In this document: positions 1 to 13,151 of the stretch, one piece after another
Layout of the letters: each line of letters begins with the position of its first letter
Position numbering within the stretch: the first letter of the stretch is position 1
Assembly: GCA_951406725.2 (NCBI GenBank)
Contig: OX597829.1
Coordinates: 30,504,001-30,568,000, forward strand
Length of the DNA stretch: 64,000 nucleotides
Origin: Octopus vulgaris
Taxonomy: Eukaryota
Direction: 5' to 3'
Made by a program: the position numbers and the translations under genes
The notes under the pieces: generated by a model
What the model saw: only the letters and a program-made list of their open reading frames with translations
What the model was told of the DNA's origin: nothing
The model's database searches: none

Positions 1-402
1 GACTCAACATGGAGGCCAACATCAAGTGTCTGGAGGAGGTAGTGCTGCCCTGGATCAAGATGGGGCTGCTGGAAGCCCCGTGTCTGGCAAAAGAACTCTG
101 CATCACACCACACAAGCAGGAGAATCCAGTCATGGCTGTCAGACAATTTCTGTGACCACATCACGCCTAACATCTGACCACCTAACTCCCCAGACTGCAA
201 CCCCCTTGATTATTATGTGTAGGGTGCAGCTGAGCAAGAGACCAACAAAACTCCTTTAAAACCAAAGATGAATTGAAGGCAAGGATTATGGCAGTATTCA
301 CCAACTTAAACAAGGAGACCATCAGACATCCAGAAAAATTGCAGGAGATTCTGAAGTTGTCTGGAGGGTGTGGTTGAAGCCAATGGCAATTTTATTGAAT
401 AA
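1..402 (+). mobile_element. Tc1/mariner (DD37D/maT-like) transposase C-terminal fragment, decayed; runs off the window start
   Basis: Hand translation across frameshifts: ...CLEEVVLPWIK...VWQKNSASHHTSRRIQSWLSDNFCDHITPNI*PPNSPDCNPLDYYV*GAAEQETN...LEGVVEANGNFIE*. The WPPNSPD-x-NPLDY motif is typical of maT/DD37D; both Trp codons are mutated to stops. Confidence 0.85.
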
Positions 403-638
403 ATTTACTCTTTAGTATTTCAAGATATTTTTTTGTAATTTTGGTAAATATATCTGTTAAAATGAGTTATCTATATTATTTTCATTTTTGTGTAATTTAG
501 ACGACAGTTTATTCCCCACATATATATTGTATTTTTTGATTCTCCATCTAAAGAATTTCTAATAGAAAATTTATTACATGTTTATCCCACATGTAAAACT
601 TTGTGATTGTTATTATCAAATGTATAATGGTGAATAAA

Positions 639-778
639 TCATCATCATCATCGTTTAACGTCCGCTTTTCATGCTAGCATGGGTTGGACGATTTGACTGA
701 GGTCTGGCACACCAGATGGCTGCACCAGACTCCAATCTGATCTGGCAGAGTTTCTACAGCTGGACGCCCTTCCTAACA
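639..778 (-). mobile_element. RTE LINE 3' end fragment
   Basis: (cat)n-cgtttaacgtccg...ttctacagctgga..cccttcctaac matches the 3' terminus of the RTE at 26727-26880. Confidence 0.8.
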
Positions 779-1879
779 TGTAACTCATATAACAATTGCA
801 TTAACTTCATTCTGGATTGTAATTCTGGGATAAGCAGATATACTTCGGAAGGACACCTAGGATTTTACCCACCTACATAGTGTGTGTGTGTGCGTGTGTA
901 TGCATACACAAATAAATACTGCCCCCCCCCCCACACACACGCAGATTTCACAGTTTGAGTCTTTTATTCTGAGTGCCTATGAAATGGTAATCCTCATCCA
1001 GGAATCTGTATATAACACTATGCAGAATGTAAGGATGTAGAGAAGAAGGCAAAGCCAACGAGGTCAACAATCTCTGGGACACAAATACCTTTTATTAATG
1101 AACAGAGCTTTTAATTTCTGAGCAGTTATTCTTAGCCTTTTGATTAGTTTTCCATTTCTATGAATCACCAAAGAATGTAGTTAAAGCAGGAATTAATTAA
1201 TCATTCTACTTCTCTCTTGTACAGACCTGGTACCAATGATTATGTCACGAAACTTTCATTCAATATTACATTTCACATTTTAGCTTTCACTGGGGGGGGG
1301 GGGAGGGAAAAAAAATCTTGGGCACTAGCTTTGCTGCCACATACATGTATATGAAACTATCAATTTGTTTCTGCTAACGAATAATTTTTTGTAATTCGTT
1401 CTGACCATCCAGGAAATGTTAAATATAACAATGGAGACACTAAAATTTATTTGAAGAAATAAAAGATAAGTTTTAAAATGTTTTTTTAAAAAAAATCTCG
1501 TAATCTATATGAAAATGATTTAATAATGTCTAATTATCTCCCTTGAATACTTCCCTGTATTTCTCTCATAATCCAATTTGATTTAAAATTAGCCAGACAT
1601 TTTTCACAAGGGGAATTCGTCTCCACTAAGCTATTTTATACGTCGGTACATCAAATGCCAATACAAAAAAAAAAAAAGAGAGAGAAAAGAAAAGGAAAAT
1701 AGAAAAATTTTATGACAATGTTTATAATGTAAACCAATAATTTCATCCCAATTTCAGTGTATCGAAGTTAAAACAAAAAATATTACACACTAAATACACA
1801 CACACACACACACACACTCTCTCTCTCTCTCTCTCTCTCTCATACACACACAGGTATATGTGTGTATGTATGTTTGTAT

Positions 1880-2783
1880 AAAGATTGATAGGTAGATAAA
1901 CAGACAGACACACAGACAGACAGACAGACAGACAGATAGATAGATAGATAGAGAGATAGATAAACAGACAAGAAGACAGATAGATAGATAGATAGATAAA
2001 CAGACAGACAGAGAGATAGATAGATAAACAGACAGGCAGACAGATAGATAGATAGATAGACAGATAGATATACAGACAGATAGACAGACAGACTGATAGA
2101 TAGATAAACAGACAGGCAGACAGATAGATAGATAGATAAACAGACAGACAGAGAGATAGATAAACAGACAGGCAGACAGATAGACAGATAGATAGATAGA
2201 TAGATAGATATACAGACAGATAGACAGACAGACAGACTGATAGATAGATAGATAAACAGACAGAGAGATAGATAGATAGATAGATAAACAGACAGATAGA
2301 CAGATAGATAGATAGATAGATAAACAGACAGACAGAGAGATAGATAAACAGACAGGCAGACAGACAGATAGATAGATAGATAAACAGACAGACAGAGAGA
2401 TAGATAGATAGACAGATAGACAAATAGATAGATAGATAAACAGACAGACAGAGAGATAGATAGATAAACAGACAGACAAGAGATAGATAGATAGATAAAC
2501 AGACAGACAGAGAGATAGATAGATAGATAAACAGACAGATAGACAGATAGATAGATAGATAAACAGACAGACAGAGAGATAGATAAACAGACAGGCAGAC
2601 AGACAGATAGATAGATAGATAAACAGACAGACAGAGAGATAGATAGATAGACAGATAGACAAATAGATAGATAGATAAACAGACAGACAGAGAGATAGAT
2701 AGATAAACAGACAGACAAGAGATAGATAGACAGACAGATAGATAGATAGATAAACAGACAGACAGAGAGATAGATAGATAGAC

Positions 2784-2834
<51 letters not shown>

Positions 2835-2862
2835 AAGATAGATAGATAGATAGACAGATAGA
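1880..2862. repeat. Compound (GATA)/(GACA) tetranucleotide array with a ~239 bp higher-order duplication
   Basis: Direct reading. The block at ~2340-2490 recurs at ~2579-2730 (ORF starts 2423 and 2662 give the same peptide). It generates the spurious SIYL/SVCL ORFs. Confidence 0.95.
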
Positions 2863-3070
2863 TGTGAAAGTGGATGACTTAGTGATTAAGGTATTTGGCT
2901 GACAATCATAAGGTTGTGAGTTTGATCCTTGGTAGCACATTGCATCATGAGCAAAATACTTTATTTCACATTACTCCAGTCCAGTCAGCTGGCAAAAATG
3001 AATTGTATCTGTATTTCAAAGGGCCAGCTTTGTCACATTCAGTGTCACAACGAATCTCCCTGAAAAATAT
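2863..3070 (+). mobile_element. tRNA-derived SINE with CORE-like body, 3' truncated
   Basis: A-box/B-box-like head (tgacttagtgattaagg...gagtttgatcc); body gagcaaaatactttatttcacattactccagtcc; tail shared with the copy at 55098-55464. Confidence 0.7.
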
Positions 3071-3075
3071 GGTAA

Positions 3076-3764
3076 CTCTTTAGCATTTACTATGTCAAAA
3101 TCAATTTATATTTTTTTTTAATTAATCATACATTCCCTTATAGTTTTGAGGTTTCAATTATGTGATTGGTTATTTTTAGAATGTCAGTGTAGGTTAGGTG
3201 TGAGAGGCTAGATATGGCCAGTTTGAATATAAAACGTGTAGAAATTTGAACCAGATATGGCTTGTTTAAATGATTTAATGATTTAGACCAAATATGACCA
3301 CCTAACTCCCCAGACTTTGAAGGCGGCGAGCTGGCAGAAACGTAAGCATGCTGGGCAAAATGCTTAGCGGTATTTTGTCTGCCATTACGTTGTGAGTTCA
3401 AATTCCGCCGAGGTCCACTTTGCCTTTCATCCTTTCGGGGTCGATAAATTAAGTACCAGTTACGCACTGGGGTCGATCTAATCAACTTAATACCTGTGTC
3501 TGTCCTTGTTTGTCCCCTCTATGTTTAGCCCCTTGTGGGTAATAAAGAAATAGGTATTTCGTCTGCTGTTATGTTCTGAGTTCAAATTCCGCTGAGGTCA
3601 ACTTTGCCTTTCATCCTTTTGGGGTTGATAAATTAAGTACCAGTTACGCACTGGAGTCAATGTAATAAACTTAATACCTTTGTCTGTCCTTGTTTGTCCC
3701 CTCTGTGTTTAGCTCCTTGTGGGCAATAAAGAAATAAGACATGGCTAGTTTAAATGCTAAATGG
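3076..3764. mobile_element. piggyBac-type MITE (family 1) interrupted by a SINE
   Basis: Ends ctctttagcatt...aatgctaaatgg followed by ttaa; internal ggtaggtgtgagaggctagat motif shared with the other copies. Confidence 0.7.
3319..3736 (+). mobile_element. tRNA-derived SINE with Meta-type central domain plus a tandem 5'-truncated second unit
   Basis: Head ggcggcgagctggcagaaacg...gagttcaaattcc; core ttgcctttcatcctttcggggtcgataaattaagtaccag resembles the MetaSINE domain; unit repeated at ~3551-3736. Confidence 0.8.
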
Positions 3765-3940
3765 TTAAGGGTTTGCATATCGGTGGAGTGGTCAGCCACT
3801 TGTAAATTAATTTAACAAGCAAGCTGTTATGTTGATTGCATCAACTGGAACAATCGTCTTTGTAACTAGCATCATACAAATTAGACGGGAACATAAAGAG
3901 TGATGTATACACACACACACACACAAACACGCAGAAGTAA

Positions 3941-4213
3941 ATAATCTTATTCTCAAATGCAGGATAATGCTAATAATATAGCATGAACAGGTTGAACTAT
4001 CCATATTTTACAGAAAAATCTGTTGGCGGCCAGCCACGAGACTCAGACTCACGTCCTTGTCATTACAAATGGTAAAGCACTTGATGTGTAATCACAGGGA
4101 TGTGAATTTGAGTCTCATGGCTGGCCGCTGACAGATTTTTCTGCAAAATATGGATAGTTTATCCTGTTCATGCTATATTATTAGCATTATCCTGCGTTTG
4201 AGAATAAAATTAT
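3941..4213. repeat. Long foldback (inverted repeat), ~127 bp arms, 19 nt spacer
   Basis: 3941-4067 is the imperfect reverse complement of 4087-4213. Confidence 0.9.
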
Positions 4214-5058
4214 ATCCTTTATTGGTATCTTTCAATACATCTCAATGCTTCCAAAGCAAACTTTGTTGACTTTCAATAGAAGTTGAATTTAATATATATA
4301 TATATATATATATGTGCATATGCATTGTTGAATATCCGTAAATATACTATACTAGAATGTACTATCTGACCAATGCCAGTATGGAAGATAGACATTGAAT
4401 GATAACGATGCATATACACTATGATTATATATGTATGTAAGTGTATATATACATACATACATACATACATGCAAACATACGTACATACATGCATACGTAC
4501 ATACATACATACATATAAGATCTTTATAGTTTTCTTCCTCTTCATATTTCCCACATGATTTCTATACTAATTATCATCTACTAATCAAACTTTTATTTAC
4601 TTTTTGTTTCCTGGAAGATGTACTATATGGGAAAGTGCATCTTTGATGCTAATCTGATGAAGTGCCACTTAATGTCTAAAATTACAAATTTTGCATAAAT
4701 TGTCACTTCAAATATTGCATAAACTGGTGTTGCAAGCAGAGTTGGTATAGAGACAACTGTAACTGATCATTAAAGGTCTGTTAAAGTATTTGTTTTATTA
4801 TTTGGATTATATTTTACTCTTCACCACACCCACACAATAGTTTTGCTATCATGAAACCAGGATTTTTTACACCTGAAGAATTTCGACATTAGTCTGAAAT
4901 TTCAGTGTTCATAGCCCAGAACTTGGGATGAGTACTTCTCTGGAAATACCCAACTTTTATAACTTGCCAGGACTATTGATATGTATGTGTACACACACAC
5001 ACGCGCGTGCGCGCACACACACACACACACTCAACTATGTATATCTTTATCTTTTATC

Positions 5059-5411
5059 TTTTACCTATCTTATTGCTTTAATTAAACTTTCTTTTTTTTC
5101 TTCTCTCTTTTTCGTTTTTTGCAATCCCTATTTGTAGCTTTTCTTTGGTTCTAAAACAATTACAGTTTCATCTCCTTTCGGGGCCCCAGCATAATTATTT
5201 CAGGCGTTTAAGTGTCACTAAATGATAATGTTACAACCATATTTTCATATGAATCTCTCTGCCTCCACTCTCTCTATATATATATATGCATCACTCTCTC
5301 TGTATTTGAGTCTCTATGAAATGTATTTGCCATCTGCATGAAACTGTTACATAACATGTAATCTAAAAATTGCATATAAATTTTCAAAGAGAAACAAAAC
5401 AAGGCAAATTG
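5059..5411 (+). repeat. Local ~350 bp direct duplication, copy 1 (copy 2 at 8951-9329)
   Basis: tttacctatcttattgctttaattaaac...aaacaaaacaaggcaaattg occurs at both sites with scattered substitutions. Confidence 0.9.
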
Positions 5412-5497
5412 GAATCAATACAGTACCAATTCTGTACTCAGAATGATACTTTTCTCTTTCTTTCTGATTATGTCACATGCGCACGCATGCGCGCGCG

Positions 5498-5537
<40 letters not shown>

Positions 5538-6320
5538 TATGGTTTATTTAGAGTAGTCCCATGCGCTGTTACTCTAGAATTCCATGTCATGCAGCTGCTT
5601 TTTCAGGCAATTCAAAAATGAACCAATTTTGATTTGTCTGAAGTGCCTAAATATTTGTGAGCAGATATAGACAGCCTCTTGACATATCCTCAACTCAGTG
5701 GGACATCAAGAATCTGACAACAGGAGAAAGAGGAGGCAGCTGGATGTCACTAAATTTCAGCTGAGACAACCAGAACAACATTAAGATGAAGTTCTTTGTT
5801 CAAGGACACAACATGCTGCCCTGCCTGTGAAGTGAACACATGACCATATGTTCCTGGGCTCAACTACATCACAAACCTTCACTGATGTAACGTAGTATAT
5901 ATAAATATTATACTGAAACATGCCATGGTCTCCAAGAAAAATCTGAAGATGGTTGCTTTTGGGCCCCAGGAAGATGTGGTCTCCTCTCAAAATTCAAAAG
6001 ATAAGGGCTTTTACCTGACTTTTCTTTGTCTTTTTTTTCTTTTTAGAATACAACTCCTCAGGTAACCACAAGGCATTATGATGACTATATTTTGTTTATG
6101 TCATTGCAGTCTTTTAGCTTTATCTATCTAAAGGAATTTTTAACTCAATAGGTACATGTTGTTAGTGATAGCTCTATCTACCTTGAATTCTACAGTTGAA
6201 AAATGCTACACACATATACATATATATATGTGTGTGTGTAGTTTTTGAAGTGGTGTACAGATACTGTATATGACTGCCTCCTTTTTCCTTAATATATATG
6301 TATGTATGTGTATGTATGTA

Positions 6321-7526
6321 TTGGATCATCCCATAAGTAATGTATTTTGTTATACTTCTTTTATTTTTCAAAATTAAGATAAAGTCCTTTTTTTGATCTA
6401 AAATATACTCTCCTTCATTTCTACAATGCTCTTCCATCTATCTGGTAGTCTTGTAAGGCCCCTCTTCTAAAATTCACTTGTCCATGATGAAAAATACTCC
6501 TCCACTATTGTTCTGATCTCATCTAAAGAATTCATATTTTTTCCTGCGGAATATATGATAACCAGATGAGACAATATCCGGCGAATATGGTGGGTGGAGC
6601 ATCGTTTCCCATTCAAACTGCTCCAGCCTTTGTAATGTCAGCCTTGCTGTATGTGGCCGAGCCTGTGGAAGAGCACCTTTTGTCTTGAAATCAAAGATGG
6701 TCATTTTTCTTCTAGCGCTGCTTGAGTTGCTCACAGTAAATCTTCTTTGTTATTGTTTGGTTTGGGTTTAAAACAGATAACAACACCTTATGTGGGTGAA
6801 GACCTTCTTTAGACTGGGGTGCCAGTGTTTCTCTTTTTCCTACCCACTGTCTTCAGTGCTTGACATTTTTATGGAGGACCCATTTCTCGTCACCAGTCAC
6901 TTTTTGGTCCAAAAAAGGTTCATTCATGACACATGACAGCAAAGAAGAGCACACATTCACTCTCTGCAAGCAATTAGACTTGAAAAATTTGTGAGGAACT
7001 CAATTTGCTGACTTTTCCGATGGTACACAGGTGTCGATGAAAGGTTGAATGACCAAATTCAAGCTTCTCTGCTAGTTCCTCAACAGTTATAATGGGATTT
7101 CATTCCACCAGAGTTTGCAGAATGTCCTCGTTGAACTCTTACAAATCTTCCAGGATGCAGCTTGCTTTCTAAGCTGTAGTGTGTGGCTTGGATTTTCTGG
7201 AATCACCATTGACACTGGTTTACACTTATTGTCCAATCCCCATATACTGCATTAATATTCCTCACACTTTCTGTTGCGTTGTTGACTTTATTGAACTCAC
7301 AAAGCAAAATATGCCAAATATGCTCCTTTGCCACTTCCATAATAACATTGCAAAAATAACTATTAAAATTGAACTGCACTCTTCAAAAGTTGCACTAAGA
7401 ATAAGATCAGGATAAAATTACTACCTGCTTTTATAGCAAATTGATGCTAGTAGTTTATCCCTTTGCCCTCTGACTTTTAGTTCATGCAATTACAAAAACC
7501 CCTGCATTATTTATGGGATGACCCAA
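6321..7526 (-). mobile_element. Near full-length mariner (DD34D-type) transposon, decayed
   Basis: TIRs ttggatcatcccataagtaatg / cattatttatgggatgacccaa flanked by TA; ~1.2 kb; minus-strand remnants *VPHK, VTGDEKW and WETMLHPPYSPDIVSSGYHIF. Confidence 0.9.
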
Positions 7527-8089
7527 TATATAAGAGATGATAATCCAAGCTGTGTAAATCTTCAGATAGTCTGAAGACTTACACATGAGAAAAGATTTGA
7601 ATGTATGCATGTATTATGTTTTTATCATATTTATATTATTACTAATATATTTATTTATAAAATGTATCTCCCATGTTATAATGAAACATTTGTAACTATA
7701 GTATTAAAATAGTAATATAAATTCTAGTCATTATTTTAATAATTATGTATATATATTTGGTACAATGTTTGTCATTGGCAGTGGTGGTGGTGGTGGTGGT
7801 GGTGGGTCTGTGAGGATTGAAAAGGAGGGCAGACAAATGGTTGTGTTTAATAGAATTAAAAGATTTTCTAAACATTTAAAATTTCCTCAACATGACAATG
7901 GAAAATAAAGAATAATATGGATAAAAAAATCTGTCTTTTCTTATTGTTAAGAAAAAGGGTGAGGAGGCTGTGAAACTTTCACTCATTCATTTGGATATGG
8001 CTGTGCAACAGAGGAGTTGGTATTTGTCACTTTGAGAAACACAGGTCTAATTGATTTCACCAATACAAAATGTCAACAAAAATAAATGA

Positions 8090-8560
8090 ATCATCATCCT
8101 CCTCCTCATCATCATCATCTAACGTCCGTTTTCCATGCTAGCATGGTTTGGACGGTTCGACCAGGGTCTAGGAAGCCAGGAGGCTGCACCAGGCTCCAGT
8201 CTGATCTGGCAGTGTTTCTACAGCTGGATACTGTTTTCTAACGCCAACCACTCCATGAGTGTAGTGGGTGCTTTTTACGTGCCACTGGCACAGGTGCCAG
8301 GGGAAGCTAGCAATGGCCATGATCCCTTGGTGCTTTTTACGTGCCACCGGCATGAAAGCCAGTCAAGGCAGCGCTGGGATCGGCCACGTTTGAATGGTTC
8401 TTTTTATGTTACCACTGGCACGGGTATCACAACTACAATTCCCATTTGATTTTTAGTTTGATGTTGATGTACTTGACTCAACAGGTCTCCTCAAGCACAG
8501 CAGGTCACCCTGCGATCCAAGGTAAGCACAGCAGGCTGTCCTGCGATCCAAGGTACTTTG
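8090..8560 (-). mobile_element. RTE LINE 3' UTR fragment
   Basis: Matches 26727-27100, including the repeated gtgctttttacgtgccac motif and the (cat)n tail. Confidence 0.85.
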
Positions 8561-8950
8561 TATAATAATTCATGCATTCACCAATTTGTTTCAAATGAAA
8601 ATAACAAGACTTATATAAGAGATTAAATAATACACTACCATTACCATCACCACCTCAAACACTTCCATTGCCAACAACACCACCATCACCACAATCTCCA
8701 ACACAACATCAGCATCATAAACATCACCACCATCATCATCACAACCACCACCATTACTTTTCATGTAGACATCTTGAACAAGATCGATCCTTCGTTTTAT
8801 GTCTCACATCTATTTTCATTTGTCTGTCCCACTAGAAATTGTCTGTTAATCCTCTTATCCCTGTTAAGTTTCTTCTGACTAACAGTCTGACATTTATCAG
8901 TAGAAAATTGAAATTTCCCCCCCAATTAACTTGGAAACCTTCTAATAATC

Positions 8951-9329
8951 ATTTACCTATCTTATTGCTTTAATTAAACTTTCTTTTTTTTTCTCTCTTT
9001 CTTTTTCGCTTCTTGCAATCCCTATTTGTAGCTTTTCTTTAGTTCTAAAACAATAACAGTATCATCTTCTTTTGGGGCCCCAGCATAATTATTTCAGGCA
9101 TTTAAGTGTCACTAAATGATAATGTTACAACTATATTTTCATATGAATCTCTCTGTGCCCTCCCTTCCCTCCTCTCTCTCTAGCTCTCTCTCTCTCTATA
9201 TATATGTATCTCTCTCTCTGTATTTGAGTCTCTATGAAATGTATTTGCCATCTGCATGAAACTGTTACATAACATGTAATCTAAAAATTGCATATAAATT
9301 TTCAAAGAGAAACAAAACAAGGCAAATTG
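8951..9329 (+). repeat. Local ~350 bp direct duplication, copy 2
   Basis: Same sequence as 5059-5411. Confidence 0.9.
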
Positions 9330-9849
9330 AAATTAAAGTTTTGTAAATATATTTCTGCTGAACTTAATTCCTAGCACGTACATTTAAGGTATCACTAAAA
9401 CACACACACACACACACACGCGCGCGCACACACACATGCACACACACACACACACACACATGCACACACACACACGTACATGTACCTTTTCCACAATGTT
9501 GTAACTTCTTCTAGATTTGTATGATAACAATGGTTTGATTATGTCTGAGAGGGTTGGGGTGGTGGTGGTGGTAGGTGGAGTGGGAATAACTTACTCATGA
9601 AGACAATGACCTATAAGTCTACTACTGAGACAAAGTCGTATTTTTATTTATTCAATAAATGATGTAGGTGCATGGTGTAACATAGTATCATATTGCTAAT
9701 ACTTTTATGTAAGGTATAATGTCACACAAACACACACACACACACACACACATGCACACACACATATATCATATCCTTATATATATATGTGTTGACATTG
9801 ATATATACATATTTATAGCTAATATATTTTCTTGAATGTTCTGGAGGAT

Positions 9850-10430
9850 CCCAAGAGGTAGTAGATAGTTTCTGTTCCCAAGGTGACCCACTTAGCAGTG
9901 GGGGCAGATATTCTGACAATATAGCTGCTAGAATAAAAATAGGATGGGGAAAATTTCTGAGAGTTATTACTTCTGTGGATTGAAAAAGGGTCCCTGAGAG
10001 TGAAAGATAAATTGAATGATATTTGTGTGCAAACAGCAATGCTACATGGTAGTGAGACATGGGACCATGAGTGCAGAGAACATGTGGAAAGTAGAAAGGA
10101 ATGAAGCTAGTATGCTCCGCTGGATGTACAATATCAATGTGCATGCATGACAAAGTGCAAAGAAATTGTGAGGAAAATTAGGCAATAAGAGAAATCAAAT
10201 ATAGTGAGAAAGAAGGAAGACTGCACTGGTTTGGTCATGTGATGTGTATATATAAAGACAGCTGCATAAAGAAGTGCCAATTGCTCAAAATGAATTTGCA
10301 GATGAGGGAAACCCAGAGAGACATAGAATGAAGAAGTGAAGGCTGACTGCATGATTTTGCACCTAATGGAGGAAGTGACAAAAGATTGATATGATTGGCA
10401 ATTCACTATGCTGGAGAGGACCCATTCATT
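9850..10430 (+). mobile_element. Decayed RTE LINE ORF2 C-terminal fragment
   Basis: gaggtagtagatagtttctgt..., gcaatgctacatggtagtgagacatgg and tggtttggtcatgtg align by eye with EVVDSF / AMLHGSETW / W.GHV of the young RTE at 27241-28047. Confidence 0.8.
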
Positions 10431-11689
10431 ACAGCCCAAATGAGAGCCCAAGAGCATTTTGTATATTCATGTATGTAATAGATCCTACCATTAAACACAT
10501 TCTGCCCCATCAAGCATTCTCAACATTTCATTCTCCTGTTATCCATCCCTTCATCACTCTTCTGTCTATGGCACTACTTGGCTACTGTAATCACTCAAGA
10601 GCAGATCAACACATATTACATATCCCCATCCTTGGAGCTGTCAGTTACAGCCTTCCTCTCCCCACTGGAACCACTTCCATCTCTCATTCTTATTACCATC
10701 CCTTCCCACACTATTTACATCAATCACCTCCTTTCTGTGCTTTCAGCCATGGCTCTCTTTTTCTCTGTCATACTCCATTCTAATATCTCACATCTGCTCT
10801 CTTTTTTCCCTGCACTCTCTTATAACCACCATCATGCCCCACTCACTATAGCTACACTCATGTACCCTACATCTCCCTCCTCATCACCCCTACACCTTGC
10901 ACATCATTCCCCTACTTTCTAATACTCTTTCTTGAGCCACTTCTATCTCTCTCACCCACTCTTCATACTGGTGTTTCCCCTCAACCACATCTTCCTCATC
11001 ACTTGCTACATTCACCTCTACTCCCATCTCTAATCATCTGTTATTCTCCCCTCACACTCTTCTGAAACCATCCCATCTGATCTACTGTCTGCATCCCTGC
11101 TTGTGCCCATCTTCTATTACCTTGAGAATTCGTTCAGGAACCCCATTATTACCATCTTTATATTCTTTGCAGTTGCTCCCCAAAACCCTTATATAGGTAA
11201 GCAGTCATGCATGTCCTCCATAGCATCTTTACCACACACCCAATCCATTTCATGAAAAATATGGTTACAGAAGTGTTTATGGCATCAAATTCTTTCTCTC
11301 ATCAATGAATGTATTAGAATGGGCAAGGTGTATTTAATACTATTACAACACTACAGATGTTGTACTCAAAGGCTGAAAGCTTCTTCACTAAATATTGACA
11401 CCAATTAACATGTATAAAATAAGCCAAATGTTTTGTATGTGTATGTACAAAACTGACAATAAAACTGTTCCCAAAGATATATATGAGAGTGTTCATGTGT
11501 ATGGTTACATTATGTCATACACACAAACGTATGCACACATGCCCACACACTCACACTTACATGCACAATAATCTTCAAAGTCTATTTGACATCAATTGAG
11601 GCTTGATGGTTTCCACTTGATGTTAATTACAGGCTAACACATACATTTGTCTGTCTATCTATCAACAGATAAATAAAGAAACTGACCAA

Positions 11690-11872
11690 CATATATACAT
11701 ACACACATGCATATGTATATAGTTATATATATGTATATACATACACACATATATATATATACATACATGCACATATATATATATATATATATACAGGGAT
11801 ACAGACATGTATGGAAAACGGACGTTAAATGAAAAATATATTTATATTTATATATACATATATATGTATATA

Positions 11873-11905
<33 letters not shown>

Positions 11906-11971
11906 GCATAAATATATGTATATATTCATACATATATACACACACACTCACATATACACACACACACACAC

Positions 11972-12017
<46 letters not shown>

Positions 12018-12045
12018 ACACAAACACACACACACACACACACAT
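11690..12045. repeat. (TA)n/(CA)n compound microsatellite
   Basis: Direct reading. Confidence 0.95.
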
Positions 12046-12680
12046 TGTGTTGGAACTGAGATGCTCTATGGTAGTGAGACATGGACATTGAATGCAGAGG
12101 ACTTGAGATGACCGGAAGGAAAGAAATGACATGGTCATGCTCTGGATGTGCAGTGTAAGATCACATGAATGACATAGTATAAATGGGCTGAGAGAAAAAA
12201 ACTGGGTATATGTAGTGCACAAGAAACTGTAGATGTTGTGTACACAAAAGAAGACTGTGCTGGTATGGACATGCGATACACATGAATGAAGATAACTGAA
12301 TAAAAATGTACTGACCACTTAACCCTTTAGAATTCAGATTGTTATAACAAATGAAGGACTTATCTATTTACAATGTCTTGAATTAATCATGTAATATCTT
12401 GTAGCTTCAAAATCTTGATGATGATATTATTTATTTTTAGAATGGCATTGCAGGCAAAGTGTAAGATGCTAGATCAGACTGGTTTGAATGTAAAACAGGT
12501 TGAATATTAGGGCCAAATACGGCCAGTTTTAATGGTAAAAGGTTAATGTCGATGGAACTTGTGGAAGTGAGACTCAAGAAGACATGGGACAGAGAGGTGA
12601 AGGCTGACCTGTGTCTGATGGATGAGATGATAGAATGCTGGCGTGACTGTTCTAATGCAGTTCTGGAGAAACTTGCCCAC
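12046..12680 (+). mobile_element. Decayed RTE fragment split by a piggyBac-type MITE
   Basis: atgctctatggtagtgagacatgg (MLYGSETW) before the MITE; ggaacttgtggaag...aagaagacatggg (GTCG...KKTW) after it. Confidence 0.75.
12323..12542. mobile_element. piggyBac-type MITE (family 1), 220 bp
   Basis: TTAA at 12319-12322 and 12543-12546; ccctttag left end with a degenerate right TIR; the RTE sequence resumes across the TTAA. Confidence 0.85.
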
Positions 12681-13151
12681 ATTGGTTAAAATAAATTCTG
12701 AAGCACAATATGCACCTAATTTTTTCCTTAAGACACCTCCACCACCCATCATATCTCTAACTGCAGTTTTTTTGTTGATACAACTCATCTTGCTGCCTGG
12801 AACCATTTCACCACCACCATATCCCACTACCACATCTCTCTCATTCTCCTCATGCACTATATTTGCCTCTCCCCACCCAAACTCTGGCAATCTACCCAGC
12901 CACTCATCATTTTTCTCTCTCTCTCTCTTACTCATCATCTCTGCCCTGACTACAGTATCATCCCCATGCATCATTGGGCATTTCCAGCTGAAGACCCTGT
13001 GTGCCTACAGTTGAAACTCAGAGTAGCATGTGGTTAATTCAATCAAAATTAAATGCACACACACACACACACACACATTGACACACACATGTATGTGTGG
13101 TTGTGTAATATATGTGCATTTTAACAGAATCAAGCAAGTTAAGGGTGGTTG

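Noticed and set aside
1200-1240. Strong acceptor ctctcttgtacag
   Set aside because: No convincing downstream donor or reading frame.
1743-2940. Long overlapping ORFs of 226-366 aa
   Set aside because: Translations of the (GATA)/(GACA) array; stop-free because of repeat composition.
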